DNA of 62,059 bases, the filler included. It is 4 parts of 4 records of this genome, joined end to end, with 100 filler letters (N's around TTAATTAATTAA, not from the genome) between each part and the next. Parts side by side here need not be neighbours in the genome. Positions count along the whole stretch, not along the records: positions 47,806 to 56,791 come from SRR20825019_1364; positions 56,892 to 62,059 come from SRR20825019_1369; 2 more parts are not named here. One strand, written 5' to 3'. Each line of letters starts with the position of its first letter. Position 1 is the stretch's first letter. Both the position numbers and the translations under genes were made by a program. Below are positions 48,497 through 60,173 of this stretch, piece by piece. The notes beneath the pieces are model-generated. The model worked only from the letters and a program-made list of their open reading frames with translations. It had not been told where the DNA came from and did no database searches.

Positions 48497-49296
48497 GCGT
48501 TGGCCTCCGCGTAGGCTTCCATCGCCTCGCGTGTCACCACGTGCCGGCCGGCACAACGTGGACACCGAATTTCAATCTTCGCGTCGTCGGCAAATAATCC
48601 ATCGGCGTCCTGCTTCATCGAGGGTAACAGCACTTGCATCATGCGTTCCTGGTTGCAGCCACAATGCCAGCGCTCCACCCGCGTTTCCATCAAGGTAAGC
48701 GTTTCGGTTTCATCGAGCTTGGTCACCTCCTCCGCCGTCAAACCGCGCAACCATTCCAAATCACAATCCGGGTGTTCCGTGAGCATCGCGTAGCTTTCCT
48801 CACCTGTTTCAAAATAACGCGCGCCACGCTGTTCGCTTTGAGCATAAAATGTTTCCACCGCCGCGAACGGATCACCTCCCGTGATATTCACCGCACTGCG
48901 TCTCGTTTCACCGCGGCCGCGAACCACATCGGCCGACAACAAGCCTTCGGGCATCTGCCGGACGTTTTCGGTAAAAATACGTCCCGTCACCGAGCCAAAC
49001 TCATTGTCACCCGTCAGAAAGAAATTCACCAGCGGCTGCTGAAAGTTTATCGTCCACGCCGTCATCACATTACGGGGCTGCGAGGCGCAATGCAGCGTAA
49101 ACGCAGCCAGGGCGCGCTTGAACATCCCGGCGTGTTCCGGTTCGGGTTTCAGCTTCTGATCCGACAAGTGCAGGTAGTAATCCACGAAGAGATCGCTGAA
49201 ATTCGCCCGCGCGAGCAGCGCATTGCGATTGCGCACGAAGTAGGTTTTCACTTCGAGGCCGGACTCGGCAGGATTCACTGGTGTCGATGCAGACAT
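48493..49296 (-). CDS. hslO: Hsp33-family redox-regulated chaperone
   Basis: C-terminal zinc motif 'HCGC..RCPRC', 'FYAQSEQ'; start reset to MSASTP. Confidence 0.8.
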   Translation of the reverse strand: MSASTPVNPAESGLEVKTYFVRNRNALLARANFSDLFVDYYLHLSDQKLKPEPEHAGMFKRALAAFTLHCASQPRNVMTAWTINFQQPLVNFFLTGDNEFGSVTGRIFTENVRQMPEGLLSADVVRGRGETRRSAVNITGGDPFAAVETFYAQSEQRGARYFETGEESYAMLTEHPDCDLEWLRGLTAEEVTKLDETETLTLMETRVERWHCGCNQERMMQVLLPSMKQDADGLFADDAKIEIRCPRCAGRHVVTREAMEAYAEANA

Positions 49297-49369
49297 AGCG
49301 AATAAGGAGACATACCTTGCCGGAATCTCAAGTGCGCATCGTATCTCCCTGGATCCGCCGACTGCCAGG

Positions 49370-50194
49370 GTGGTCGACAATGGCACTTGCCTCGTCCCCC
49401 TTCGTTCTCAGGATCCGGGTCGGTTACCCTTCCACGATTTGTCCTCTTCCTCGCACTTGCCCCGGAGACTCTTTGATGCGGTATTCGAAATGAATGCGGC
49501 TCCCACGCATGCCGATTTCATCTCGGCTGTCATGGCAGGACTGCGGCGGCTCATCTCCTGCGACTATTGCGGCATTCACCTGCTCGACCGACAGAGGGAA
49601 AAGATCATGTATCGGGCGCTTCCCGAGATCCCCTACAATGAAGAGGAAATCGCATATTACGCCGCCCACCCTCAGGAAAATGCCGTTGTCGCCTATTACG
49701 AGAAAACCGGAGATCAGCGGGCTCGCCGTCGTTCCGATGTCATCAGCATGCGCCAATTCCTCTTGAGCGACCATTACCGGCACTGCCTCTCCCGCCTTGG
49801 TTTAAAATACTCTCTGGCCCTCCCCGTCACGATTGATCGAGATGTCGTCGGGGGCATCGTCATTGACCGCCGCAACAAGGATTTTACCAAAAGGGACTGC
49901 GCATTACTGGACGATTTCGCCCCCCATTTTCTGCTCGCTTGGAAGCGGCAAAAAAACCCCTGGCGGGTCAGCCCACGCCAATCGAAACCGAGAGACAGCG
50001 CAATTCTCACCCCACGCGAATCCGATGTGCTTTATTGGATTACCGAGGGAAAACAGAATCGCGAAATCGCGATGATTCTCGGGATCAGCCTTTACACAGT
50101 GCAGAAACACGTGGCCAACATCCTGCGCAAACTAGACGCCGAAAACCGCCACGCGCTGACCGTTCTGACCCTGAACCAAGCAGCCGGACGCTGA
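49370..50194 (+). CDS. GAF-like sensor + LuxR/NarL-type HTH transcriptional regulator
   Basis: C-terminal 'LTPRESDVLYWITEGKQNREIA.ILGIS..TVQKHVANI..KL'; N-terminal GAF-like region without a REC Asp; start uncertain. Confidence 0.85.
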   Translation: MVDNGTCLVPLRSQDPGRLPFHDLSSSSHLPRRLFDAVFEMNAAPTHADFISAVMAGLRRLISCDYCGIHLLDRQREKIMYRALPEIPYNEEEIAYYAAHPQENAVVAYYEKTGDQRARRRSDVISMRQFLLSDHYRHCLSRLGLKYSLALPVTIDRDVVGGIVIDRRNKDFTKRDCALLDDFAPHFLLAWKRQKNPWRVSPRQSKPRDSAILTPRESDVLYWITEGKQNREIAMILGISLYTVQKHVANILRKLDAENRHALTVLTLNQAAGR

Positions 50195-50235
50195 GAAGAG
50201 AACTGTGGCCCAGTCAGCTCGGCGGCGCTGCCAAA

Positions 50236-50255
50236 AATACTCACGTGTGGGTATT
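50236..50255. promoter_or_regulatory. Candidate LuxR/NarL-type operator upstream of the PEP-CTERM gene
   Basis: Inverted repeat AATACTCAC-GT-GTGGGTATT (one mismatch; 7-2-7 TAC...GTA geometry). Confidence 0.55.
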
Positions 50256-50329
50256 ACCAGTGCAATGCCCTGCAGTTAAACTCATGTGCTGCAATCAGGC
50301 CACCAATACGCCTCGGCAAACTTAGCCTC

Positions 50330-52402
50330 ATGATCATCCCACGCTCCTTCTTCATCAAACTCCACTTGTTGCTGAGCCTCACCTTTGGTCTGGGCATCCT
50401 GACTGAAACCAACGCCCAGACCAACTATTACTGGGACCAGAACAGTAACGGCGTTGGCTTGGGTTCCTCCGTCAAGGGAGGCACTTGGAGCACATCCGAC
50501 GCATTTTGGAATCCATCGGCCTCCGACTCCAACACCAACAACCCCATTGCCTGGGTGGACGGCAGCAGCGCCACCTTGAGCAGCGGATCATACAGCCTGA
50601 CGATCTCCGGCACCGTCACCGCCACCAATGTGACCATTGCGCCCAGTCCCTTCACCAGTAGCTCGATCAATGGCGGCACACTCAACCTCGTCGACGGTGG
50701 CCAACTCCACTTCAGTGGCATGTCCGACACCAGCCTCACCATCGGATCCGCGGTCACCAGCACTGGTTCCGTGACCACCAGTGGCAATGGCTATCTGGCG
50801 GTCACTTTCACCGGCGGCGCATCCTTCGCCGGCGGATTCAATCATAACGTGACCAACGTCTCCTTCTCCGGTGCCGGCGCCAGCCTCAGCACCGGGAGCG
50901 CCAACATCGATATCGGCGGGACCTATGGCTCCGCCCTCAGCTTTGCCAATGGAGCCGATCTCAGCTCCGCCTACCGTGTCACCGTGGGCACCCCCTCCGG
51001 CACCGGCACCCTCTCATTCTCCGGTGCCGGCACCACCGCCAACATCACTCAATACATCTGGCTCGGCATCCAAAGCGGCCAGTCTGGCACCATGAACATC
51101 ACCGATGGTGCCAGTATATCCACCGGCACGACCGTCAGCGTTGGCGATGTCGCCGGTTCCTCTGGTTATCTCACCGTCTCAAACGCGACCCTCGCCGCCA
51201 CCGGCAACCTCTACGTCAGCTATGATTCGTATGGCAGCGCCACCTTCAATTCCGGCGCCACCGTTTCCACCAACTCGAATTTTTATGTGGCCGCCAACCC
51301 TACCGGCGATGCAGATGTCACCGTCGATGGCACGGGCACGACGCTGACAATCGCAGAAGACCTGATCACCGCCACCAATCACGGTTCCGCCACCACGACC
51401 AGCACAAGCACAAGTAACTTCACCGTGTCCAACAACGCCACGGTCACCGTGAATGGCACCGTGCTCCTCGCCGATCTCTCCGGCGCGGCCGACAACATGA
51501 CGCTCAGTTCAAGCGGAACTTTGGTCGTGGCCGACAAGTCCGGGGAGGATGGCCTGCGAATCGGTTCCGGCAACGCCACGTTCAATCTCGCCGGAGGCAC
51601 CTTAAAAGTCCGCGATGCTAATGGCGACACCGGCCTCAATTCCGACGTAGCCATGAACCTTACCAACGCTTCCATCATCAACACCAATGGCAGCACAGCC
51701 ACGTTGTCCGGCATTCTCTCGGGAAACGGTAGTCTCACCAAATCCGGGGCCGGCACCCTCACCCTCAATGGGGCCAATACCTACACCGACACGACAGTGA
51801 TTTCAACCGGCACCCTTGCCCTTGGCGCGTCGGGCTCACTCGATTCCGGCACCATCATGATCGGCTCGGGTGCGACGTTCGATGTTTCCGCCGTAACCGG
51901 TGGATTCGCCCTGGAGTCCAGCCAGACCCTCGGTGGTAGCGGGACAATCTCCGGTCTCGCCACCATTTCCAACGGCGCTATCCTCGCACCCGGAAACTCC
52001 CCCGGCACGCTCACTTTCACCGACGGCCTCACGCTTGTGGACGGGGCCATCCTCAACTTCGAACTCGGCACCATCAGCGATCTGATCGCCGTCACCGGCG
52101 GCATCCTCTCCGGCCCTGCCTCGGGCACCGTGACACTCAACCTGACCGACTCCGGCGATTTTTCTGCCGGCACCTACACGCTTTTCGATTACACAAGTGC
52201 CACCCTAGACAATTTCGATATTTCAGACTTTTCCTTCAGTTCCACGATTTCAGGCTACACCTACGATCTCGCTTTCAATGGGAGCACCTTGCAACTGACC
52301 GCCCTTTCCACCGTCCCTGAGCCCGCGATCTACGCGGCCATCTTTGGCGCCTTCGCCCTGGGCTTGGCCGTGTGGTGCCAACGCCGTCGAATCAGAGTTT
52401 GA
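50330..52402 (+). CDS. PEP-CTERM-sorted surface protein with autotransporter-associated beta-strand repeats
   Basis: Signal peptide, Gly/Ser/Thr-rich beta repeats, 'LTKSGAGTLTLNGANTY', 'LAPGNSPGTL', C-terminal 'VPEP'-TM-RRR. Confidence 0.92.
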   Translation: MIIPRSFFIKLHLLLSLTFGLGILTETNAQTNYYWDQNSNGVGLGSSVKGGTWSTSDAFWNPSASDSNTNNPIAWVDGSSATLSSGSYSLTISGTVTATNVTIAPSPFTSSSINGGTLNLVDGGQLHFSGMSDTSLTIGSAVTSTGSVTTSGNGYLAVTFTGGASFAGGFNHNVTNVSFSGAGASLSTGSANIDIGGTYGSALSFANGADLSSAYRVTVGTPSGTGTLSFSGAGTTANITQYIWLGIQSGQSGTMNITDGASISTGTTVSVGDVAGSSGYLTVSNATLAATGNLYVSYDSYGSATFNSGATVSTNSNFYVAANPTGDADVTVDGTGTTLTIAEDLITATNHGSATTTSTSTSNFTVSNNATVTVNGTVLLADLSGAADNMTLSSSGTLVVADKSGEDGLRIGSGNATFNLAGGTLKVRDANGDTGLNSDVAMNLTNASIINTNGSTATLSGILSGNGSLTKSGAGTLTLNGANTYTDTTVISTGTLALGASGSLDSGTIMIGSGATFDVSAVTGGFALESSQTLGGSGTISGLATISNGAILAPGNSPGTLTFTDGLTLVDGAILNFELGTISDLIAVTGGILSGPASGTVTLNLTDSGDFSAGTYTLFDYTSATLDNFDISDFSFSSTISGYTYDLAFNGSTLQLTALSTVPEPAIYAAIFGAFALGLAVWCQRRRIRV

Positions 52403-54632
52403 TCACCTCGCACTTGAATGCCTGGCGATAGCGGCGGGAAAAATATGTCGGCGAAAGGCCGACGGCACTGGCCACCTCGGCAACCGTGCCGTAACGGCGT
52501 TCCCCAATCAACTCATGCGCTCTCGTCAAACGATGGTTCAATAACATCGTGGTCGGGGTCATCCCGTGGGTTTCCAGGATACGGCGACGCAGTTGCCGGC
52601 TGCTGTATCCCAGTTCCTTGGCCAATTGCTCGACATCGAAACTCGATTCTGCGCAATGCGCCTTGAGACAGACGTCCAATCGTTCCAGCCAGGCCTGCTC
52701 ACCGGTGGCCGGTGGCAGTTTCGGTGCCGGCAATTTCACCCGTAACCGTTCCAGCAATTCGGACACTGAAAAAGGCTTGGCCATGTAATCATCCGCCCCC
52801 GCCTTCAGTCCCTCCACCCGATGATCAACCGCTGCTTTCGCCGAAAGCATGATAATGGGAATGGCCTTCCAGCGTTTATCGCCGCGAATACGCTGGCACA
52901 GCTCCAGTCCGTTCATCTGAGGCATCATCACATCCGAGAGTATGATATTCGGCACTGCTACGGACAACGCTTCCAAAGCCATCACCCCATTCTCTGCCTC
53001 GCTCACCTCGTAATGAAGATCGAGATGCATCCGCAGATAGGCGCGCATATCGAGATTGTCTTCAACGAGCAGCAGCGAGGGGCGCGGCCCTGCTTTCGCA
53101 TCGTCTGTTGATTCGCCCGCCTCCGTAAAAGACGGCGTCGCACCGATCGTAAACGGACGAGCTTCCGGTGTCTCCGCCGTATCGATGTCATCCGGATCGA
53201 GATGCTCGCATCCCAATGGCAAAGTAAAAGTAAAGGTGGTTCCCGCACCCGGCTCACTTTCGACGGTCAAGGCTCCGCCGTGCAACTCCACCATTTCCCG
53301 CGCGATCGCCATGCCGATGCCCATCCCCTCGTGGCCACGGGCCAGTCCCGCGTCGCCTTGATAAAATCGCTCGAATACCCGCGCTCTTGTCGCCTCATCC
53401 ATCCCCGGTCCCTGATCGGAAACCGCCACCTCGACTTGTCCTTCCCCGGCCGCGCCCGCCCGCACATAAATACTCACCCGCACCATGGTGCCCGCCGGGG
53501 AAAATTTGAGCGCGTTGCCGATCAGGTTTGCCATCACTTTGTCCAGCTTGGTCGCATCAAAAAACACCCCGCATTCATCCGGCGCTTCCAATTTCAATTG
53601 GATCCCCTTTTGCGCGGCCACCTCCTCAAAGTGCTCCACCTGTCGTCGCACAAACAGACACAGGTCACGCTGATTCGTTCGCAATGCAAATGCCCCGGCT
53701 TCCAGCCGTGCCAGATCGATCAACTCGGTTAACAACGCATCCAGCCGGTCAATGTTACGAAAGATCAGCGGCAGGGTCTTTTTTCCCGCCTCCGTATCAC
53801 CCGCCTCCGCCGCCAAAGTTTCCAACGGCCCGCGAATCAAAGTCAGTGGCGTTTTAAACTCGTGCGATAAGTTCGTCAGAAAATGCTGTTGCAATCGCTG
53901 CGCCTCCTCCGCGGCACTCTTCGCCCGGCGCAGTTCACGCTCCGCTTCCAGCCGCCCCGTCACCTCCCGAAAATTGTTCACCATCGCGTTGAGCCGCGGA
54001 TCGTCGGTCGCGTTGAGGACCGTGCCCTCAAGATAAATGTAGTGTCCCTGCTTGTGCCGGAAGCGCACGATTTCCGTCTCCACGACCCCGGGAGCTTCAG
54101 CCAAATGTTGGAACCGCATCCCGATCCGGGCCGCATCATCGGGATGGCAAAAGTCGATCAATGTTTGCCCCTCCATCTCATACGCTTCGTAGCCGTGAAT
54201 GCGTTTATTGTAAGGGCTCTCGTAGAGAATTTTCGAAGTCTTGTCGAAAAGCGAAATCCCTTCCGAGGAACGCTCGATCAATGCATGAAAATGCTCGGAC
54301 TCAAGTCGTGCCCGTTCGTGCGCCTCACGTTCTGCCGTCACATCCTCGGTGTTCAGCAACACCTCACCATCCGCGTAGAAGTGCGCCCGCAGCCTCAACC
54401 ACCGTCCCGTATTCTTGGTCTGCCCGTAATACACCGCCTGATCCGTTGCCGTTTCGAGCCACTTCACGGCAGCGACCTTCTCAGAAAGATTCAAAGCTTC
54501 AGTCCAGGCTTGTCCGACCACTTCTAAACTGTCTCTCCCCAGCAACTTTTCAAATTCCTGGTTCGCTTCCTTCACCACCCCTCCCTGCAGGGTCAAAAGG
54601 CATAATCCGGGTATACTCTCAGGAATCGGCAC
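52392..54632 (-). CDS. Soluble hybrid sensor-regulator: PAS-PAS-HisKA-HATPase-REC-AraC HTH
   Basis: 'HPDD' PAS, 'SHEFKTPL', 'NLIGNALKF', 'DQGPG', 'GMGIG', 'LVEDN', 'SDVMMP', 'AEVASAVGLSPTYFSRRY'; no TM. Confidence 0.9.
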   Translation of the reverse strand: MPIPESIPGLCLLTLQGGVVKEANQEFEKLLGRDSLEVVGQAWTEALNLSEKVAAVKWLETATDQAVYYGQTKNTGRWLRLRAHFYADGEVLLNTEDVTAEREAHERARLESEHFHALIERSSEGISLFDKTSKILYESPYNKRIHGYEAYEMEGQTLIDFCHPDDAARIGMRFQHLAEAPGVVETEIVRFRHKQGHYIYLEGTVLNATDDPRLNAMVNNFREVTGRLEAERELRRAKSAAEEAQRLQQHFLTNLSHEFKTPLTLIRGPLETLAAEAGDTEAGKKTLPLIFRNIDRLDALLTELIDLARLEAGAFALRTNQRDLCLFVRRQVEHFEEVAAQKGIQLKLEAPDECGVFFDATKLDKVMANLIGNALKFSPAGTMVRVSIYVRAGAAGEGQVEVAVSDQGPGMDEATRARVFERFYQGDAGLARGHEGMGIGMAIAREMVELHGGALTVESEPGAGTTFTFTLPLGCEHLDPDDIDTAETPEARPFTIGATPSFTEAGESTDDAKAGPRPSLLLVEDNLDMRAYLRMHLDLHYEVSEAENGVMALEALSVAVPNIILSDVMMPQMNGLELCQRIRGDKRWKAIPIIMLSAKAAVDHRVEGLKAGADDYMAKPFSVSELLERLRVKLPAPKLPPATGEQAWLERLDVCLKAHCAESSFDVEQLAKELGYSSRQLRRRILETHGMTPTTMLLNHRLTRAHELIGERRYGTVAEVASAVGLSPTYFSRRYRQAFKCEVIKL

Positions 54633-54689
54633 GCCGCCAAGATGGAGGGGCTAACGACTTTGTAAACGATGATTTCCATGCTGATTAAC

Positions 54690-54725
54690 TGACCTATTCG
54701 GACAAAATTACATCCTAATCGGTCA
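54690..54725. promoter_or_regulatory. Candidate AraC-type tandem operator in the divergent promoter region
   Basis: Direct repeats CCTATTCGGACA (54693) and CCTAATCGGTCA (54714), 21 bp apart, bracketed by TGACC/GGTCA. Confidence 0.5.
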
Positions 54726-54849
54726 TCTCGCTGAATGGAATTGAGCGTGCCCTGTTGGATGGGCTGATCTTCGTGCCAGCGAACTGCATTTTTGGCGCTG
54801 CCATGGCACCTGCCCCTGACTTCAAAGACAGATACCGTTCATATTTTTC

Positions 54850-56791
54850 ATGAGATTCATCTCCACTCTCTACGTTCTTGCCTCCTTGTTTCTGACCTTA
54901 TCGGTCCAAGCCCAATACCTCTACTGGGATACCAATGGATTCGATGCCGGTTCCGGCCCCGGGGACACTGCCTCCGGCACTTGGGATACCACCACGACCA
55001 ATTGGTCCCCATTCGATGGCGGCAATGGTTCCACCCAGGCATGGATTCAGAACCGTATCGCGGTATTCGCGGCGGGCAGCAGTGCCACCGGTAACAGCAC
55101 CATCACCTTGGCCAGCTCCCTTGATGTCGCAGGAATAACCATCGAAGAAGGACACTTCACCTTCACCGGCGGCAGCTTCACCCCTCGGGATGCCGACTTC
55201 AACGTCTACTCGGGTGCCTCCGCGACCATCAATGCCACGGCCGTGGGAGTCGCTCTCACCAGCGGCACCGGCGACGTCTACGCCACCGGTGCCCAAACCT
55301 ATTATGAGGGCGGCTTTAGAGTTTCAACAGAAGGAACGCTCCATGTGAATCTTGGCACCACCGACCAAGTGAGTATCAATTTGCTTGGCACTGACGATGG
55401 TGGCACCCTGTTCATAGGTTCCGGCACTCAGCTGCTGGTGCGGAGTTACGCCTTTATCGGCGGCAGCTCCAATGAATCCGGCACCTTGACCGTCGATGGC
55501 AACGGCACCGTGGTAGAAACGACCAGCTCCACTTCCGTCGGTAACGCCACCAACGACACGGGCATACTCAACATCACCAATGGCGGCATCTATACTTCAC
55601 AGGGATATCTCACCCTTGGAAACAACGCCACCACTAGCTCCGGCACAATCAACATCACCGGCGCGGGATCCAGCCTTATCGCCAACAACAACCCGATCCG
55701 AATCGGCATGCAGGGCACCGGCACGATCACCGTGGCGTCCGGCGGCACCATCACCGCCAACGCAGGACTGCTCTTCGGTGGCTCCGGCGGCACCGGCACC
55801 CTGCATCTCAATTCCGGCGGCACTCTCGAGGTGGGAGGAACCGATGGTATTTCTGTCGGCGAAACAGGCACCGCAAATTTCGATGCCGCCGGGGGCACGC
55901 TCAAAGTAATCGGTTCCGATCTCACCACCTCCTTGGATATGGTTTTAGCCGACTCCACTGATACCCAAGTCGACACCAACAGTCTCAACGCCACTCTCTC
56001 CGGCGTCCTCTCCGGCACAGGCGCCCTTACCAAGTCCGGCACGGGCAACCTTACTCTCTCCGGCTCCAACACTTACTCCGGTGGCTCCACCGTTTCCGCC
56101 GGCTCTCTCACCGGCGACACCGGCTCCCTTCAAGGAGACATCACCAACAACGCCGCCGTGGTCTTCGGCCAAGCCTCCACCGGCACCTACGCCGGTGCCA
56201 TGTCCGGCTCCGGCTCATTGACCAAGACCGGCGCGGGCAATCTCACCCTCTCAGGCACCAACACCTACTCCGGCGGCACCACCGTCTCCTATGGCACGCT
56301 CACCGTCTCTTCCGACGCCAATCTGGGAGCTACCTCCGGAGCTCTCGCTGTGTCCGGTGGCGCCACCCTCAACACCGGTGGCTACTTCGGCACCAACCGA
56401 TCCATCACGCTCGATGGATCGGGCACGAATCTCACCAACAACGGAGAACTCATCATCGGCAATAGCGGCACCGGTTCGCTCACCCTCGCCAACGGCGCAA
56501 CCGTCTCAGCTTATAACCTCGACTTGGGCTTTCCCAGCGGCACTGGCACCGTGAACATCTCTTCTGGCAGTTCGATCACCGCTACCGGTAATAATGGGGT
56601 CGTCTTCTACAGCCCCACGAGCACCATTAACCTCAACGAGACCGGCACCCTCACGACTACCGGACTCTCCGGCACGGGTAATTTCAATCTCGCCGGCGGC
56701 ACCCTGCGTTCCGGTGCCGCGTATTCTTCCAGCACCGCGGCCACGCTCACCAATGCCTCCTCCGTCGATACCAACGGCTTCAACACCACCC
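54850..56791 (+). CDS. Autotransporter-repeat surface protein (probably PEP-CTERM), truncated by contig end
   Basis: Signal peptide (..SVQA), 'YWD..GTW..NW' N domain as in 50330, two 'LTK(S/T)G.GNLTLSG.NTYSGG.TVS' repeats; C-terminus missing. Confidence 0.88.
56029..56289 (+). repeat. Intragenic autotransporter-associated beta-strand repeats
   Basis: Similar ~69-nt units beginning at 56029 (accaagtccggc..) and 56221 (accaagaccggc..), 192 nt apart. Confidence 0.8.
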
Positions 56792-56891
56792 NNNNNNNNN
56801 NNNNNNNNNNNNNNNNNNNNNNNNNNNNNNNNNNNTTAATTAATTAANNNNNNNNNNNNNNNNNNNNNNNNNNNNNNNNNNNNNNNNNNNN
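56792..56891. other. Artificial contig linker
   Basis: N44-TTAATTAATTAA-N44. Confidence 0.97.
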
Positions 56892-57370
<479 letters not shown>

Positions 57371-57424
57371 TTCCCACCTCGTGGCGTTGCTATGGAGAGA
57401 CCCTAGATCGGCTAGATGACAGCG

Positions 57425-58610
57425 TTAACTCATTCGAATGACATGCTCGTGACGCCTGCCAACCCCGGAGACGTCAAGTGTGCCATCGGCATGCACGATG
57501 TGGCCGCGCGAGAAGGTGGCATGCACCTGACCCACACCGGTGCGGGAGGCGATAGCCAAGTCAGCGCGGAGGCCGACGCAGATTTCGCCGCGATCTTCCA
57601 GGCCAAGGGCGTGGGCGGGATTGCGCGAGGTGAGGCGGGCGGCGCCAGCCAGACCATCGGGATCGGTTTCGGCCAGCACCAGCACTGCGGGCAGCATGGC
57701 CGAGGGGTGGTAGTCAGCGGCGAGCAGATCGAGCACGCCGGCAGCATGCGCATCACGGGCCGAGAGATTGCCCGAATAGGATTGGCCGCGAAGGGCATTG
57801 GGTGCGCCCATGGCATTGAGCATGCCGCGGCGATGTGATTCCTCGGCGGCTTCCAGGGTTACCGGAAACTCGGAAATATTGGCGCCGAGCTGATCCATCA
57901 GCGTGACCTTTTCGACCGTGTCATCGTCATGGCTGGCCACTGGCACGCCGTGCATGGCGCAATATTGGGTGATGGCGCGCAGCGTTTCGGTCATGTCGCC
58001 GGCAGTTTCCTGGCGGTCACGAATACGCTGCTGGAGCTGTTCCATGGCCGCTTCGGGCGAAATGCCTTTGTTCCTGGAGATATTGGCTGCCTGCAGGTCG
58101 AGGTCACGATACTGACCCTGGCCGGGTGTGTGGTCGCACAGCGAAACCAGGTCCACCGAGCCTTCGCCGACCAGTTCCTTGACCACCGAAAGGGCCGCCG
58201 GGAAGGTCACCTCGAACCGGGCATGGACCCGGTGGTCGATCAGCAGATTGGGACGTGCGGCGACAACAGCGCGGATCAGGGCGCTGGTGAAGTCGTAGCT
58301 TCGCATATGCCCATAGGTGGAGCCGGGGGCGAAGGAGAGCGAGGCATAGGCGGTGGTGATGCCGGCTGTGGCCAGCTTCATGTCGAGGTCGCGCAGACCC
58401 ATGTCCATGGGCATGCGCACGCCCGGGCGCGGCTCGATTTCGCGCTCGATCATGTCACCGTGCATGTCGATCATGCCGGGCAGCAGGAGAAGGCCGTCGC
58501 CGACGATGTCTGCATCGGCAACCGGGGTTTCGCTGATTTCGGCAATCAGCCCGTCCTCGATGCGCAGGGCGCCACGGTCGATGACGCGATCGGACAGAAC
58601 GATTTGAAAG

Positions 58611-58624
<14 letters not shown>
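57425..58624 (-). CDS. phnM: Alpha-D-ribose 1-methylphosphonate 5-triphosphate diphosphatase
   Basis: 'PGMIDMHGD', 'PRPGV', 'AGITT', 'DHTPGQGQY', 'ASHDD', 'SEFP', 'MGAPN', 'DY.P'. Confidence 0.9.
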
Positions 58625-59342
<718 letters not shown>

Positions 59343-59351
59343 GGGGTCACC

Positions 59352-60173
59352 TCAGAGCTTGGCGTGGACGAGTTGCTGGGTATAGGGGTGCTGGGGGTCC
59401 TGAAAGACCTGATCGGCCAAGCCCTGTTCCACCACTTCACCATGGCGCATGACCATGACCCGGTCGGCCATGGTGCGAATTACACCCAGATCGTGGCTGA
59501 CCAAAACCATAGTGATCTTGCGATCGCGCTGAAGCCTTTTCAGCGTATCGAGCACCAGCGCCTGGACGGAAACGTCAAGGCCGGTGGTCGGTTCATCGAG
59601 CAGCAGAAGGGCTGGTTCAAGAGCGATGGCCTTGGCCAGTTGTACGCGCTGCTGCATGCCGCCGGACAACTCGATAGGCCGCGCATCCATGCGGTCGAGC
59701 GGGAATTCGGAGGCGTCGAGCGCTTCGCGGGCCTTGTCGCGTAACACCTCGAAACTGCGCTCGCCGGCGATGAGCAGGCGCTCGGCAACATTGCCGCTGG
59801 AGGAGTGCTTCATCAGTAGCCCCAGATGGGGGTTTTGATAGACGATGCCGATATTGCGCGCGCAGAGCATGCGGCGCTCATATCGTGTGAGATCGAACAG
59901 GTTCTCGTTTTCGCGGCCGGGCAGGCGCAGCGTGTAGTCGCCGCTGTCCGGGGTGTCCTCAAGGTTCATCATGCGCAACAGGGTCGACTTGCCCGAGCCG
60001 CTTTCACCGACAATGCCCATGACTTCGCCGGGATAGACGGCCGCATCGACATGGCGCAGGGCGCGCACATTGCCATAGGCCTTGGAAATGTCGCGCATGT
60101 TCAGGATAGGATCGGTCCGCATCAGGCGGGGTGCAGCGCGCTCCAGCGCCGGAAGGCCAAGGTCGAGGCTCAT
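59352..60173 (-). CDS. phnK: C-P lyase ABC-type ATPase PhnK
   Basis: 'GIVGESGSGKSTLL', 'GNVAERL', 'SGGMQQR', 'DEPTTGLDVSVQA', 'DPQHPYTQ.LV'. Confidence 0.9.
   Translation of the reverse strand: MSLDLGLPALERAAPRLMRTDPILNMRDISKAYGNVRALRHVDAAVYPGEVMGIVGESGSGKSTLLRMMNLEDTPDSGDYTLRLPGRENENLFDLTRYERRMLCARNIGIVYQNPHLGLLMKHSSSGNVAERLLIAGERSFEVLRDKAREALDASEFPLDRMDARPIELSGGMQQRVQLAKAIALEPALLLLDEPTTGLDVSVQALVLDTLKRLQRDRKITMVLVSHDLGVIRTMADRVMVMRHGEVVEQGLADQVFQDPQHPYTQQLVHAKL

Noticed and set aside
50224-54803. Shared 10-mer GGCGCTGCCA upstream of both surface-protein genes, and a possible sigma54 promoter
   Set aside because: Different distances to the start codons (106 vs 56 nt), GC-rich and short; no proper TGGCAC-N5-TTGC consensus.
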